From: Dehalococcoidia bacterium
GTDB lineage: Bacteria > Chloroflexota > Dehalococcoidia > Bin125
Reading direction: 5' to 3'
Length of the DNA stretch: 64,000 bases
Assembly (NCBI GenBank): GCA_965261715.1
Contig: OZ253471.1
Coordinates: forward strand, 462,165-526,164
Below are positions 55,250-63,425 of this stretch, one piece after another. Both the position numbers and the translations under genes were made by a program. The number at the start of each line of letters is the position of its first letter. The stretch's first letter is position 1. Under the pieces are notes generated by a model. It did not search any database, was not told the origin of the DNA, and saw only the letters and a list, made by a program, of their open reading frames with translations.

Positions 55250-56248
55250 GTGGCTGGCGCTGACGTGAGCGACGATCCGGAACCCCTACAGTCCGAGGTC
55301 CAACTCATCCAGCTCGCATTGTCGTCATGCGGCGTTGACGGCGTCGTCGCGAATATCGAGCGTCTGAGCGGCAAGTCGCACCTGAGCTGGCGAGTCACGC
55401 GGATCGACGCGACTCCGGTCGTCCTGAGGATGGAACCGCGGCGAGGCATCCTGCCGCCCTACGACCTGCCCTCCGAGGCGCGATTGCTGCGCTGTCTGGC
55501 CGAGGCCGGCATTCCGGTTCCGCAAGTCCTGGGAGTTTCGGCTGATCTGTCGGCCTGTGACGGCCTGGACGTTGCCCTCGATGCTGGTCGGAGCTGCATG
55601 GTCGTCGACTGGGTTGACGGCGAAGTGCTGTCAGAGCGTCGCATGGAGACCGACGTCGCTCGCGCCTACTGCGAGAACCTGCGTCGCATACACACACTCA
55701 ACTGGCGCAAGGCGCGCCTCGACTGGTTGCCGCTGCCACCGGCGTCGGGACCGGCAATCCGCGAGCGCACGCAGATCGCTGAGCGGCTGCGAGCATTCGG
55801 CATCGACGATCTGCCGCACATCAAACGCTTACGTGAGGCCCTAAACGGCCGAGTCCCAAACAGCCCGCCGCCAATGCTGGTGCACGGAGACGTGAACTTC
55901 GGCAACTTCATCCTGCAGGCCGGTGACGACGCGATGGGTTCGCCGTGCATTGCCGCAGTGCTCGACTGGGAGCAGGCGCATCTGGGCGACCCGTTGTCGG
56001 ACTGGGGTCGTCTCGCGGCAGAAGACCTGCTCGGCAATCTCAATCTCTCGGAGGGCGCGCGACAGGTGATGCAAGAGGCGCTGCAAAGCTACGGTCGCAG
56101 CCAGGACGACCTGAGCTATTGGACCCTGCATCAGCTCTACAAGCACGCCTCGGCAACAGGAGCCCTCAGCGTGATCCACGGCTGGGACATCGAACCAATC
56201 GCCGAGATGTACGCGGGACCGACGGATCAGTCGGTGTCGCGCCTGTGA
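55250..56248 (+). CDS. Phosphotransferase (APH/ChoK-like kinase) family
   Basis: LVHGDVNFGNFIL and VLDWEQAHLGDPLSDW (Brenner and DxD-type motifs). Confidence 0.75.
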   Translation: MAGADVSDDPEPLQSEVQLIQLALSSCGVDGVVANIERLSGKSHLSWRVTRIDATPVVLRMEPRRGILPPYDLPSEARLLRCLAEAGIPVPQVLGVSADLSACDGLDVALDAGRSCMVVDWVDGEVLSERRMETDVARAYCENLRRIHTLNWRKARLDWLPLPPASGPAIRERTQIAERLRAFGIDDLPHIKRLREALNGRVPNSPPPMLVHGDVNFGNFILQAGDDAMGSPCIAAVLDWEQAHLGDPLSDWGRLAAEDLLGNLNLSEGARQVMQEALQSYGRSQDDLSYWTLHQLYKHASATGALSVIHGWDIEPIAEMYAGPTDQSVSRL

Positions 56249-56249
56249 A

Positions 56250-56675
56250 TCACAGTTCGATGCCCACGCGCGCGGCATCATCCGAGGACAGATAGCGCCA
56301 CGACTGCGGGGCAGAGAGTTCTTCATTGATCTGGCTCAGGCGCAAAGGTCTTTGCAGGGGTTGTGGATCGACGACGCGGATCGCTGTTGCCGATCGGCAA
56401 CCTCGGAAGTAGCGACGGAATCGTGCGCGTGAGATGCCAGCGTGTTTCTTGTGAGCGTTCCAGATATTGGTAGGGCTCGCTGACTCGACTGCTGTGACCT
56501 TGACCCAACCCAGTACTGCGCTCTTGGGCGCGGTGGCGTAAATCACCAGGTGCGAGATAGCGCCGCGCACCCTGGAGCGCCGAAGTTCGACCCGTTTTTC
56601 TCCGCTCAGCAGCTTGTCAGCGTATTCCGGATGGACCGAGATCAGCGCGACTCGTCTATCTGCTGGCTTAGCCAA
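56250..56675 (-). CDS. ASCH (PUA-like) domain protein
   Basis: ALISVHPEYADKLLSGEKRVELRR...HLVIYATAPKSAVLGWVKVTAVESASPTNIW pattern of ASCH domains. The TTG start overlaps the upstream ORF by 34 nt. Confidence 0.6.
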   Translation of the reverse strand: MAKPADRRVALISVHPEYADKLLSGEKRVELRRSRVRGAISHLVIYATAPKSAVLGWVKVTAVESASPTNIWNAHKKHAGISRARFRRYFRGCRSATAIRVVDPQPLQRPLRLSQINEELSAPQSWRYLSSDDAARVGIEL

Positions 56676-57739
56676 TTGAGCGCCTCCTCTTCAGTCACTT
56701 GGGTAATCGATTGTGGCCGGCCAGCAAGGACGCCTGCCTGCTCGAGTGCCTCAAATCCGATGGCCTTCGGCAGTAGCCGATCTTGGCGGAAGCGGATAGA
56801 GATGACTTCCAGGCTCGCTAGTTTAGTGATCTGCTCGAAGCTGTACACGGTACGCAGGTTTGTAAATTGGGCGATTTCAGGGGGTTCCTGCGAGCGTAGC
56901 GTTGATTCGACGACCCCGACAGCTGTGATTCCCCTGATGTCATCGGATCGGTAGAAGAGGATTGTCGCGCCTCGGGGTAGCGCGCGAATTCCGCTTTGAC
57001 TCAGATACGCCTTGCGCAAGGCATTCGCGAAGGGTGGCTGGGGCCAAGGAAGCTGCGCTTGTAGTTCCGTAGCGGCTTGCTGCTCATAGTCCGGGAAGAG
57101 CAACCGGTGGTAGCGAGGTTGGATGGGGATGATAAACGCCGGCGTGCGAGGGAAAGCCAGCGCAGGGGGGCCGTGTCGACGGTGAAACTCGAATGGATCG
57201 CTCTGTGACTTCTCGTCCGCGACAAGTCGTTTCGCTATCACAAGCTCACCTAGCTTGGTGAGCTTCCCCTGGAGAACCTCAAAGCCAAACTCCGCGAGGA
57301 GAGCGATCAACTCTTCGTGCTTTGGAAATATGGTCAACCAGACATGATCGTAGGAGTGGGAATGAAGGTGCTGAAAGAGGGCCTTCAGCAATAGATCGCC
57401 GTACCGGTTGCCGCGATACTGGTCAGAGACCTTGAATGTCGAAGCCTTCATCACCTTCCCGCCTAGGCCGTATTCGTCGTCATTGTCCTTCCAAAGGCAA
57501 AGCCCCGCTAAACCGCCGGCCGGCTCGATAGTCCACCCGCGTCGTCGTTCCCGGGCTGCCCCGTCCAGCCAAGCATCGAAATCGGGGTAGTCAACGCGCA
57601 AGCTGTTGAAGATCGGATCGTTCCGATTCAACTCGTGAACTAATCTCACATGAACATCGGGCGGAGGATCAGTTGGCTCGTTGAGCAGAGTGCGCAAGTA
57701 GAGGACGGCCGGATTGATTTGTAATACCCGCTCGTCCAA
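56642..57739 (-). CDS. GNAT acetyltransferase fused to a C-terminal ASCH/PUA-like domain
   Basis: GNAT motif A context FKVSDQYRGNRYGDLLLKALFQHL. The C-terminal half AFIIPIQPRYHRLLF...RGATILFYRSDDIRGITAVGVVEST is ASCH-like. The nominal TTG start lies 9 nt after an in-frame TGA that ends the PIN-like ORF. Confidence 0.6.
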   Translation of the reverse strand: MDERVLQINPAVLYLRTLLNEPTDPPPDVHVRLVHELNRNDPIFNSLRVDYPDFDAWLDGAARERRRGWTIEPAGGLAGLCLWKDNDDEYGLGGKVMKASTFKVSDQYRGNRYGDLLLKALFQHLHSHSYDHVWLTIFPKHEELIALLAEFGFEVLQGKLTKLGELVIAKRLVADEKSQSDPFEFHRRHGPPALAFPRTPAFIIPIQPRYHRLLFPDYEQQAATELQAQLPWPQPPFANALRKAYLSQSGIRALPRGATILFYRSDDIRGITAVGVVESTLRSQEPPEIAQFTNLRTVYSFEQITKLASLEVISIRFRQDRLLPKAIGFEALEQAGVLAGRPQSITQVTEEEALNWLSQQIDESR

Positions 57740-57748
57740 ACCGAGGCG

Positions 57749-58132
57749 TCACGCCTTTCGGTGAATGCCTTCGTCCTCCGTGATGAGATAGTGCACGGCA
57801 TTGCCCATGACCGCCGCCAATAAGTGATGATCGACCCAATCGTTGCTTTCTGGATCGGCAGCACCGAGTGCATCCTCGACAAGGGAAATCGGCGGTGGAC
57901 TCTCGAGTCGCTCATATGACCTGACCTGCAGCTCGCGAACCTTCCGCCGCTCCTGGTCGCGATCTCCTCGAAGTTCTTCAATGCTCTCAGGATGAAGGAG
58001 AAGGTGTCCGCCGATCTGGCTAGCCATTCGCGCTAGATCGGCTGCGGTCGCGGATTTCTCCTCAATGTCACTTTGACGGGCAAGTGCGAGAGGGATAAAG
58101 GCATTCGTGTCAAGGAGCAGGTGAAGTGTCAC
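57749..58132 (-). CDS. PIN-like domain ORF (possibly the N-terminal part of a longer PIN-GNAT-ASCH protein)
   Basis: LLLDTNAFIPL, DWVDHHLLAAV and YLITEDEGIHRKA (PIN acidic quartet pattern). Ends at a TGA in frame with the next ORF. Confidence 0.55.
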   Translation of the reverse strand: MTLHLLLDTNAFIPLALARQSDIEEKSATAADLARMASQIGGHLLLHPESIEELRGDRDQERRKVRELQVRSYERLESPPPISLVEDALGAADPESNDWVDHHLLAAVMGNAVHYLITEDEGIHRKA

Positions 58133-58220
58133 CGGCGCACACCCATGTCATACAGACGTTCTGGTACCTTACCGCGCGGTCGGAAATCGGGATAGTTAGG
58201 GTTGCCCTTACACTCCTGGT

Positions 58221-58646
58221 ATGTCCGACGACATCCAGTACCTGGTCCCCTTGCCTGAGATCGAGTCCCGCTATGGGACTAACTCCTTGTTTGGTGAGCA
58301 ATTCACGGAAATCTCACGCGGCCGCACGGTGTTGGAGATGCCGATCACTCGGGAGACGGCGGGCGGCGCGCGCGGCGGCGTTCATGGCGGTGTGCTGGCG
58401 TCGTTGGCCGACATCGGCGTCGTCGCGGCGGTGCTCTCGACCTGCCGTGTTGGCGAGGCGATGCAGGGCACGTCGGAGTTGAATATTTCCTACTTGCGTC
58501 CTGCTGTGGGCTCGAAGGTGCGCGTGGAATCGAATGTGATTAAGAAGGGCCGCACGCTGGCAGTCGGCGATGTCGATCTGCTCAGCGACCAGGGCAAGCT
58601 GATCGCCAAGGCGCGGGTGACATACTCGATCACGCAGACAGGCTGA
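58221..58646 (+). CDS. PaaI-family hotdog thioesterase
   Basis: GGVHGGVLASLADIG and GRTLAVGDVDL motifs. Confidence 0.8.
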   Translation: MSDDIQYLVPLPEIESRYGTNSLFGEQFTEISRGRTVLEMPITRETAGGARGGVHGGVLASLADIGVVAAVLSTCRVGEAMQGTSELNISYLRPAVGSKVRVESNVIKKGRTLAVGDVDLLSDQGKLIAKARVTYSITQTG

Positions 58647-58650
58647 ATCC

Positions 58651-59586
58651 ATGGATCTGGAGTTGACTCCGGCGCTCGCCAGCGAGGCGCTGTTGGCGTG
58701 CGGCGTCGGCGGACGCGCAGTATCTGCGGCCCGACTCGACGGAGGCGTCTCCAATCTGACCTGGCGGGTTGATCGAGCGGATGGTGCGCCGGTCGCGCTT
58801 CGATTGCAGCGCGAGCAGGGCATCTTCCAGCCCTATGACGTGCTGCGCGAGGCGCGCGTGATCCGTTGCCTGGAGTCGTCGGCCATTCCCGTGCCACAGG
58901 TGCTTGGAAGCGCTGACGCCGAATCGCCGCTGAAATCGCCATACATCGTGCTGGAGTGGCTGGACTATCCGCACATGGGCATGGTTCCGATGACTGCCGA
59001 AGTGGTGGACAACTACCGCTCAATGGTCGAGACGATTCACGCGCTCGATTGGCGAGCGTTGGACCTGGACTTCCTTGGTCCGCCAACCGCCGGACCAGAG
59101 GCGGCGTTGCGCGATCTCGACGCCGTCCATGCGCGAGCCGTCGCGTTTGGCTGCGACGCCGACCCACAGATCGCCAACCTGGCAGCCGTCCTGCGAGGAC
59201 ATCTGCCCGACAGTCCCGAACCGCGCCTCTGCCACGGCGACATCAACGTGTTCAATTACCTCGTTGGCGAAGACGGCTCAATCGCCGGCGTCGTCGATTG
59301 GGAACAAGCCCAACTCGGCGATCCGCTCTCGGACTGGGGCTTGATCACAGCCCTGGGGTCGCTCAAGGGTCTCGACGCGCCGCCCGAAATGCACCCGCTG
59401 ACCGCGCCGGCCTTCCAGCGCTCAGGCCGCGACGCGCGTGACCTCCGCTATTGGATGCTGCATCAGATGTACAAGCTGGCCGTGATCCATCGCATTTGGT
59501 CGGAGATCGGCGATGTCCCACCCTGGTACACGTGGTCGGACGTCGAGCGGGTGTCGGGGAATGCGCTGTCGTATCTGGGCGTATGA
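58651..59586 (+). CDS. Phosphotransferase (APH-like) family
   Basis: LCHGDINVFNYLV and VVDWEQAQLGDPLSDW. Paralogue of 55250..56248. Confidence 0.75.
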   Translation: MDLELTPALASEALLACGVGGRAVSAARLDGGVSNLTWRVDRADGAPVALRLQREQGIFQPYDVLREARVIRCLESSAIPVPQVLGSADAESPLKSPYIVLEWLDYPHMGMVPMTAEVVDNYRSMVETIHALDWRALDLDFLGPPTAGPEAALRDLDAVHARAVAFGCDADPQIANLAAVLRGHLPDSPEPRLCHGDINVFNYLVGEDGSIAGVVDWEQAQLGDPLSDWGLITALGSLKGLDAPPEMHPLTAPAFQRSGRDARDLRYWMLHQMYKLAVIHRIWSEIGDVPPWYTWSDVERVSGNALSYLGV

Positions 59587-59637
59587 GACATTCGCCGCCA
59601 GCAGGTACGGGCGACCCCCGTGGTTCCCTTCTCTGTC

Positions 59638-59787
59638 TTCCAGTCCCGGCCCCTGCGCCGGGACCCGCTCGGTCTGGTGCAGAGCGCAGTCGGTACCTTC
59701 CAGCCCCAGCTACCAGATGAAGAGTGTGAGTGCAGTTCCTGCGGCCGCAATGGAACGGGTCCCCGCGCGGAGGCGGGGACTGGATCC
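59638..59787. repeat. Two family E-type hairpin repeats
   Basis: ttccaGTCCCGGCccctgcGCCGGGACccgctc (59638-59670) and ggaacggGTCCCCGCgcggagGCGGGGACtggatcc (59752-59787). Confidence 0.7.
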
Positions 59788-59803
59788 AGAACGATCGAGC
59801 GCG

Positions 59804-60637
59804 CTAGCTGCTCAGGTTTGCCAGGTGCTCGACCGCGTGCAGCATGTTCTGTTCGGTGGGCGTCGCCAATGAGACGAGGCGGTGGGCGCCGGCCTCGGCG
59901 TATTGCTCGATGGCTTCGGCGGTCAGCCGCGCCGGCGGTGTGATCGTGATCTCCAGGTCGCCCAGACCCTCGGGCCGGTTGTGCTGCTCCGATAGCTCGT
60001 TGAGGCGGCGGACGTATTCGGCGGTCTGCTCTGGGTCCTGCATCCAGCCGTACCAGCCCTGACCTCGTTGGGCGGCTCGCTTGAGCGCGGCTTCGGAGTG
60101 ACCGCCGATGTGGATCGGCACGCCTGTGGGATTGGTTGGTCTGGGATGCGCGTCGATCCCGCTGAACTGCCAGAACTCGCCCTCGAACTCCGGGTCTGCT
60201 TCGTTCCAGAGTGCGCGCATCGCATCGATTGCTTCATCTGTGCGGCGACCGCGCTCGCGGAAGGGCGCCCCGATGGCGTCAAACTCCGGTTGCAGGTAGC
60301 CCGCGCCAATGCCGAGGATGACGCGTCCGTTGGAGAGCACGTCGGCGGAGGCGAACTCCTTGGCCAGGACGAGCGGGTTGCGTTGCGCGATCAGGACGAT
60401 GCCCGTACCGAGCTTGACGGTCTCGGTGCAGGCGGCGAGGTAGGCGAGCACGACGGAGGGATGGAGGAAGTGGTGCTCGGGGTCGGCCGGTGACGGCACG
60501 ACGCGCGGCTTGGGCAGCAAGACGTGCTCGCCGCACCAGAGCGACTCGAGGCCGGACGTGTCCGCAGCCTCTGCGACGGTCCGCAGCGCGGCCGGGTCGG
60601 AGAAGCCGGTGCCCATGTTGAAGATGCCGAGTTTCAT
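59804..60637 (-). CDS. LLM-class F420-dependent oxidoreductase
   Basis: MKLGIFNMGTG...ESLWCGEHVLLP...RVILGIGAGY pattern. Confidence 0.85.
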   Translation of the reverse strand: MKLGIFNMGTGFSDPAALRTVAEAADTSGLESLWCGEHVLLPKPRVVPSPADPEHHFLHPSVVLAYLAACTETVKLGTGIVLIAQRNPLVLAKEFASADVLSNGRVILGIGAGYLQPEFDAIGAPFRERGRRTDEAIDAMRALWNEADPEFEGEFWQFSGIDAHPRPTNPTGVPIHIGGHSEAALKRAAQRGQGWYGWMQDPEQTAEYVRRLNELSEQHNRPEGLGDLEITITPPARLTAEAIEQYAEAGAHRLVSLATPTEQNMLHAVEHLANLSS

Positions 60638-60666
60638 TCGTTGCCTCCTGCTGTAACCAATCCTCC

Positions 60667-60875
60667 GTCATTCGCGCGAAAGGAGACCTGTTCCTAACTC
60701 CTCTTCTCCCCCCTCGCGGGGGAGATGCCGAAGGCAGAGGGGGGGGCTCTCCATCTCAAGGCCTATCTGATCGCTGTTGGAAGATCCCCCTCTGTCACTC
60801 CGTGACATCTTCCCCCGCAAGGGTGGGGAGAGGGGATTCGCGAGTCTTGCAAAGGTCTCATTTCGCGGGAATGAC
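60667..60875. mobile_element. Family B core (reverse orientation), copy B3, bounded by 23-bp terminal inverted repeats resembling a split family-A-type hairpin (MITE-like)
   Basis: Left end is gtcattcgcgcgaaaggagacct. The right end aggtctcatttcgcgggaatgac has reverse complement gtcattcccgcgaaatgagacct. The interior matches the reverse complement of the B1/B2 core. Confidence 0.7.
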
Positions 60876-60911
60876 GAGCTTGCGAGTAGCTTGCGAGTAG
60901 CTTGCCGCAGG

Positions 60912-62264
60912 CTACGACTTGAGCAGAATGTCGGTCAGGGTGACGTCGTAGTTGCCGTCGATGAACGGTTGCGCGTCGAGCACTCGCTGGAGGAAGGGGA
61001 TGTTGTGCTTGAGACCCTCGATCCGCGTGCCGTCGAGCGCCGTTCGGAGCCGGTCGAGGGCCTGCGGGCGGTCGTCGCCGTGGACGATCAGCTTGGCCAT
61101 CAGCGGGTCGTAAAAATGCGAGACTTCGTCGCCCGAGGCGACGCCGGCGTCAAGCCGCAACCACGGCTCGTCGGGGACTTCCAGCACGTCGATCGAGCCG
61201 GGGCTGGGCAGCAGCGTGACGGGGTCCTCGGCGTAGATGCGGGTCTCGATTGCGTGCCCGGAGATCGGCGGCGGGTCGCCGTAGCCGGGCAGCTCGGTCA
61301 GTGGCTCTCCTGCGGCGATGCGTAGCTGCCACTCGACGAGATCGAGCCCCGTCACCATCTCGGTGACAGGATGCTCCACCTGGAGTCGAGTGTTCATTTC
61401 GAGGAAGAAGATCTCGCCCGATGCGTCGAGCAGGCACTCGACGGTGCCAGCATTCAGGTAGTTCAGACCTGCGACCGCATCACGGACCTGGTTGTAAAGC
61501 CGCTCCCTGAGATCGCTGGTAAAGTGCGGCGCGGGCGCCGGGGCTTCTTCGATCACCTTCTGGTGCCGGCGTTGGACGCTGCATTCGCGGTCGCCAAGGA
61601 TGGCGGCGTTGCCCTGACCGTCGCCGAAGACTTGTAGCTCGATGTGGTGAGGCTCGACCAGCAGCCGCTCGAGATAGACCTCGTCGGAGCCGAAGGCGCG
61701 TTGCGCAGACGAGCGCGCGCGCCGCAGCGAGCGAGAGAACTGATTCGGTCGCTGGACCGTCGCCATGCCGATCCCGCCGCCTCCGTATGAGGCCTTGATC
61801 AGCAGCGGATAGCCGACGGATTCCGCGACCTCTTCAGCGTCCTCATCTGCGACCGTTCCCGGCGAGCCGGGAATGACCGACATGCCCAGTTCGCGCATAG
61901 TCGTCCGGGCCTGGTTCTTGTTGCCCATCAGCTCCATGTGCGCAGCCGCGGGTCCGATAAACGTGATCCCGCGCTCAGCGCAGGCCTGGGCGAAGTGGCC
62001 GTTCTCGGAGAGCAGACCGTAGCCGGGATGGACGGCGTCGCAGCCCGCTTGCACAGCCGCGTCGAGCACCGCGTCAACGTTGATGTATGACTCGGCCACG
62101 GGCGCAGCGCCGATGTGTGTGGCGCCGTCCGCTTCGCGGACGTGCAGCGCGTCGGCGTCGGCGACGGAGTAGACCGCATGCGACTCGATGCCGAGCCTCC
62201 GGCAGGTGCGAGAGACCCGAGCGGCGATCTCGCCGCGGTTGGCGATCAGGACGCGTTGGAACAT
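60912..62264 (-). CDS. accC: Biotin carboxylase
   Basis: MFQRVLIANRGEIA, ATP-grasp GGGGIGM, EMNTRLQVEHPVTE. Confidence 0.95.
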   Translation of the reverse strand: MFQRVLIANRGEIAARVSRTCRRLGIESHAVYSVADADALHVREADGATHIGAAPVAESYINVDAVLDAAVQAGCDAVHPGYGLLSENGHFAQACAERGITFIGPAAAHMELMGNKNQARTTMRELGMSVIPGSPGTVADEDAEEVAESVGYPLLIKASYGGGGIGMATVQRPNQFSRSLRRARSSAQRAFGSDEVYLERLLVEPHHIELQVFGDGQGNAAILGDRECSVQRRHQKVIEEAPAPAPHFTSDLRERLYNQVRDAVAGLNYLNAGTVECLLDASGEIFFLEMNTRLQVEHPVTEMVTGLDLVEWQLRIAAGEPLTELPGYGDPPPISGHAIETRIYAEDPVTLLPSPGSIDVLEVPDEPWLRLDAGVASGDEVSHFYDPLMAKLIVHGDDRPQALDRLRTALDGTRIEGLKHNIPFLQRVLDAQPFIDGNYDVTLTDILLKS

Positions 62265-62291
62265 GGTTCAGTTTGTGTTCGGTCTATCGAG

Positions 62292-62507
62292 TTAGTCGCT
62301 GATCGTGACCAGCACGTCGCCTTCCTGGACCTGATCGCCCTGTCCAATGTGGATCGTGGTGACCGTGCCATTGCTCGGCGCTTCGACCGGGATTTCCATC
62401 TTCATCGACTCCAGGATGACGAGTTCGTCGCCCTCCTCAACGGCATCGCCGACAGCGGCAATCAACTCAAAAATGGTGCCGGCCATCGGCGACTTCACAT
62501 CGGCCAT
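62292..62507 (-). CDS. accB: Biotin carboxyl carrier (biotinyl domain only, 71 aa)
   Basis: ILESMKMEIPV biotinylation motif. Immediately upstream of accC. Confidence 0.85.
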   Translation of the reverse strand: MADVKSPMAGTIFELIAAVGDAVEEGDELVILESMKMEIPVEAPSNGTVTTIHIGQGDQVQEGDVLVTISD

Positions 62508-62524
62508 AGTTACCTTCTCCGCTT

Positions 62525-62560
62525 TCTTGGTCTGTGGACTGATCTTGGTCTGTGGACTGG
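62525..62560. repeat. 2 x 18-bp tandem direct repeat directly upstream of the accB RBS
   Basis: tcttggtctgtggactga / tcttggtctgtggactgg. Confidence 0.85.
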
Positions 62561-62667
62561 GTAGTTCGTGTTGTCGAAATCAGTTCGCGCTGGCGTACAG
62601 TATTGCAGTATGGCCGCAGCGCTGGGTATGCGCATTACGCGAGAGCGACGAGAACGCGAGAAGAACC

Positions 62668-62871
62668 ATGAGACGTGAACTGGTTGAGCAACTGGTCTGT
62701 CCGGTGACACGCGATCCGCTGAAACTGGAGGTCGTGCGCGAAGACGAAAACGGCGACGTGTTGGAGGGCGCCCTGGTCTCGGAACGGATCAACTTCCGCT
62801 ATCCGATCGAGGACGGGATCCCAAATCTCTTGCCCCCGGACATGCAGCGCCGGGCAGGTGAGTCGGTCTAG
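62668..62871 (+). CDS. Trm112/UPF0434 family small protein
   Basis: LVCPVTRDPL ... YPIEDGIPNLLPPD. ATG 62668 chosen within track ORF 62347..62871. Confidence 0.75.
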   Translation: MRRELVEQLVCPVTRDPLKLEVVREDENGDVLEGALVSERINFRYPIEDGIPNLLPPDMQRRAGESV

Positions 62872-62879
62872 GAGCGACC

Positions 62880-62972
62880 TGAACAACTCTGCTCCCCGCT
62901 TCCCCCCTTTGCGGGGGAAGCTGCGGCAGGCTGAAGGGGGGTCCCCGCTCGGCCTGCGACACCGGTTGTTCA
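62880..62972. repeat. Family C repeat, copy C2 (complete, TGAACAAC inverted ends)
   Basis: tgaacaactctgctccccgCTTCCCCCctttgcGGGGGAAGctgcggcaggctgaaggggggtccccgctcggcctgcgacaccggttgttca. Confidence 0.85.
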
Positions 62973-62983
62973 GAGGTTTCCTA

Positions 62984-63259
62984 GGCCTATCTGGTCGCTG
63001 GCGGCGGACCCCCCTCTCTGTCACTCCGTGACATCTCCCCCGCAAGGAGACCTGTGAATAAGTCCCCTTCGCCCCCCTTGCGGGGGAGATGCCGAAGGCA
63101 GAGGGGGGGCTTCCCATCTCAAGGCCTATCTGGTCGCTGGCGGCGGACCCCCCCTCTGTCACTCCGTGACATCTCCCCCCGCAAGGGGGGGAGAGGGGAA
63201 TCATGAGTTTTTCAAAGGTCTCCGCAAGGGGAGGGAAGGGAATGGACTTGCAAGTCTCC
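62984..63259. repeat. Family B element, copy B4, with an internal direct duplication of the core
   Basis: ggcctatctggtcgctggcggcggacccccctct(c)tgtcactccgtgacatctccccc(c)gcaagg occurs twice (about 62984-63046 and 63123-63186). Ends with tcatgagtttttcaaaggtctcc. Confidence 0.8.
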
Positions 63260-63335
63260 AATCCGGGGACACGGTGTCGCGGTAGACAGTGACCTCCAGC
63301 CGTGCGATGTAAGCTCTTTGGAACAGCAGTTGGAC

Positions 63336-63368
63336 TTTAATCCGGTTCCGTGAGGCCGGGAAGGTCAA
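63336..63368 (+). promoter_or_regulatory. PyrR-binding-loop-like RNA motif in the pyrR leader
   Basis: cTTTAATCCGGttccgtGAGGCCGGGAAGGtca. It forms a CCGG/CCGG stem with loop UUCCGUGAGG, resembling the UCCAGAGAGGC PyrR recognition loop. Confidence 0.5.
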
Positions 63369-63425
63369 CGAGATGTATCTGAAGTATCTTCCCACCCCCG
63401 ACGTACACGCGTATCAGCCGCACAA

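Noticed and set aside
57749-57751. Genome-wide TGA reassignment or selenocysteine as the explanation for the in-frame TGA between the PIN-like and GNAT ORFs
   Set aside because: TGA clearly terminates well-supported genes in this window (rbfA, amtB, glnK, KAS-1). I saw no obvious SECIS-like hairpin immediately downstream. A local nonsense mutation, readthrough or sequencing error remain the open options.
62984-63259. Possible CRISPR array, considered because of repeated GC-rich palindromic units here and at 59638..59787
   Set aside because: There are only two direct copies of a roughly 63-nt unit, with non-uniform spacing. The units are shared with dispersed family B elements in both orientations. 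No cas genes are in the window.
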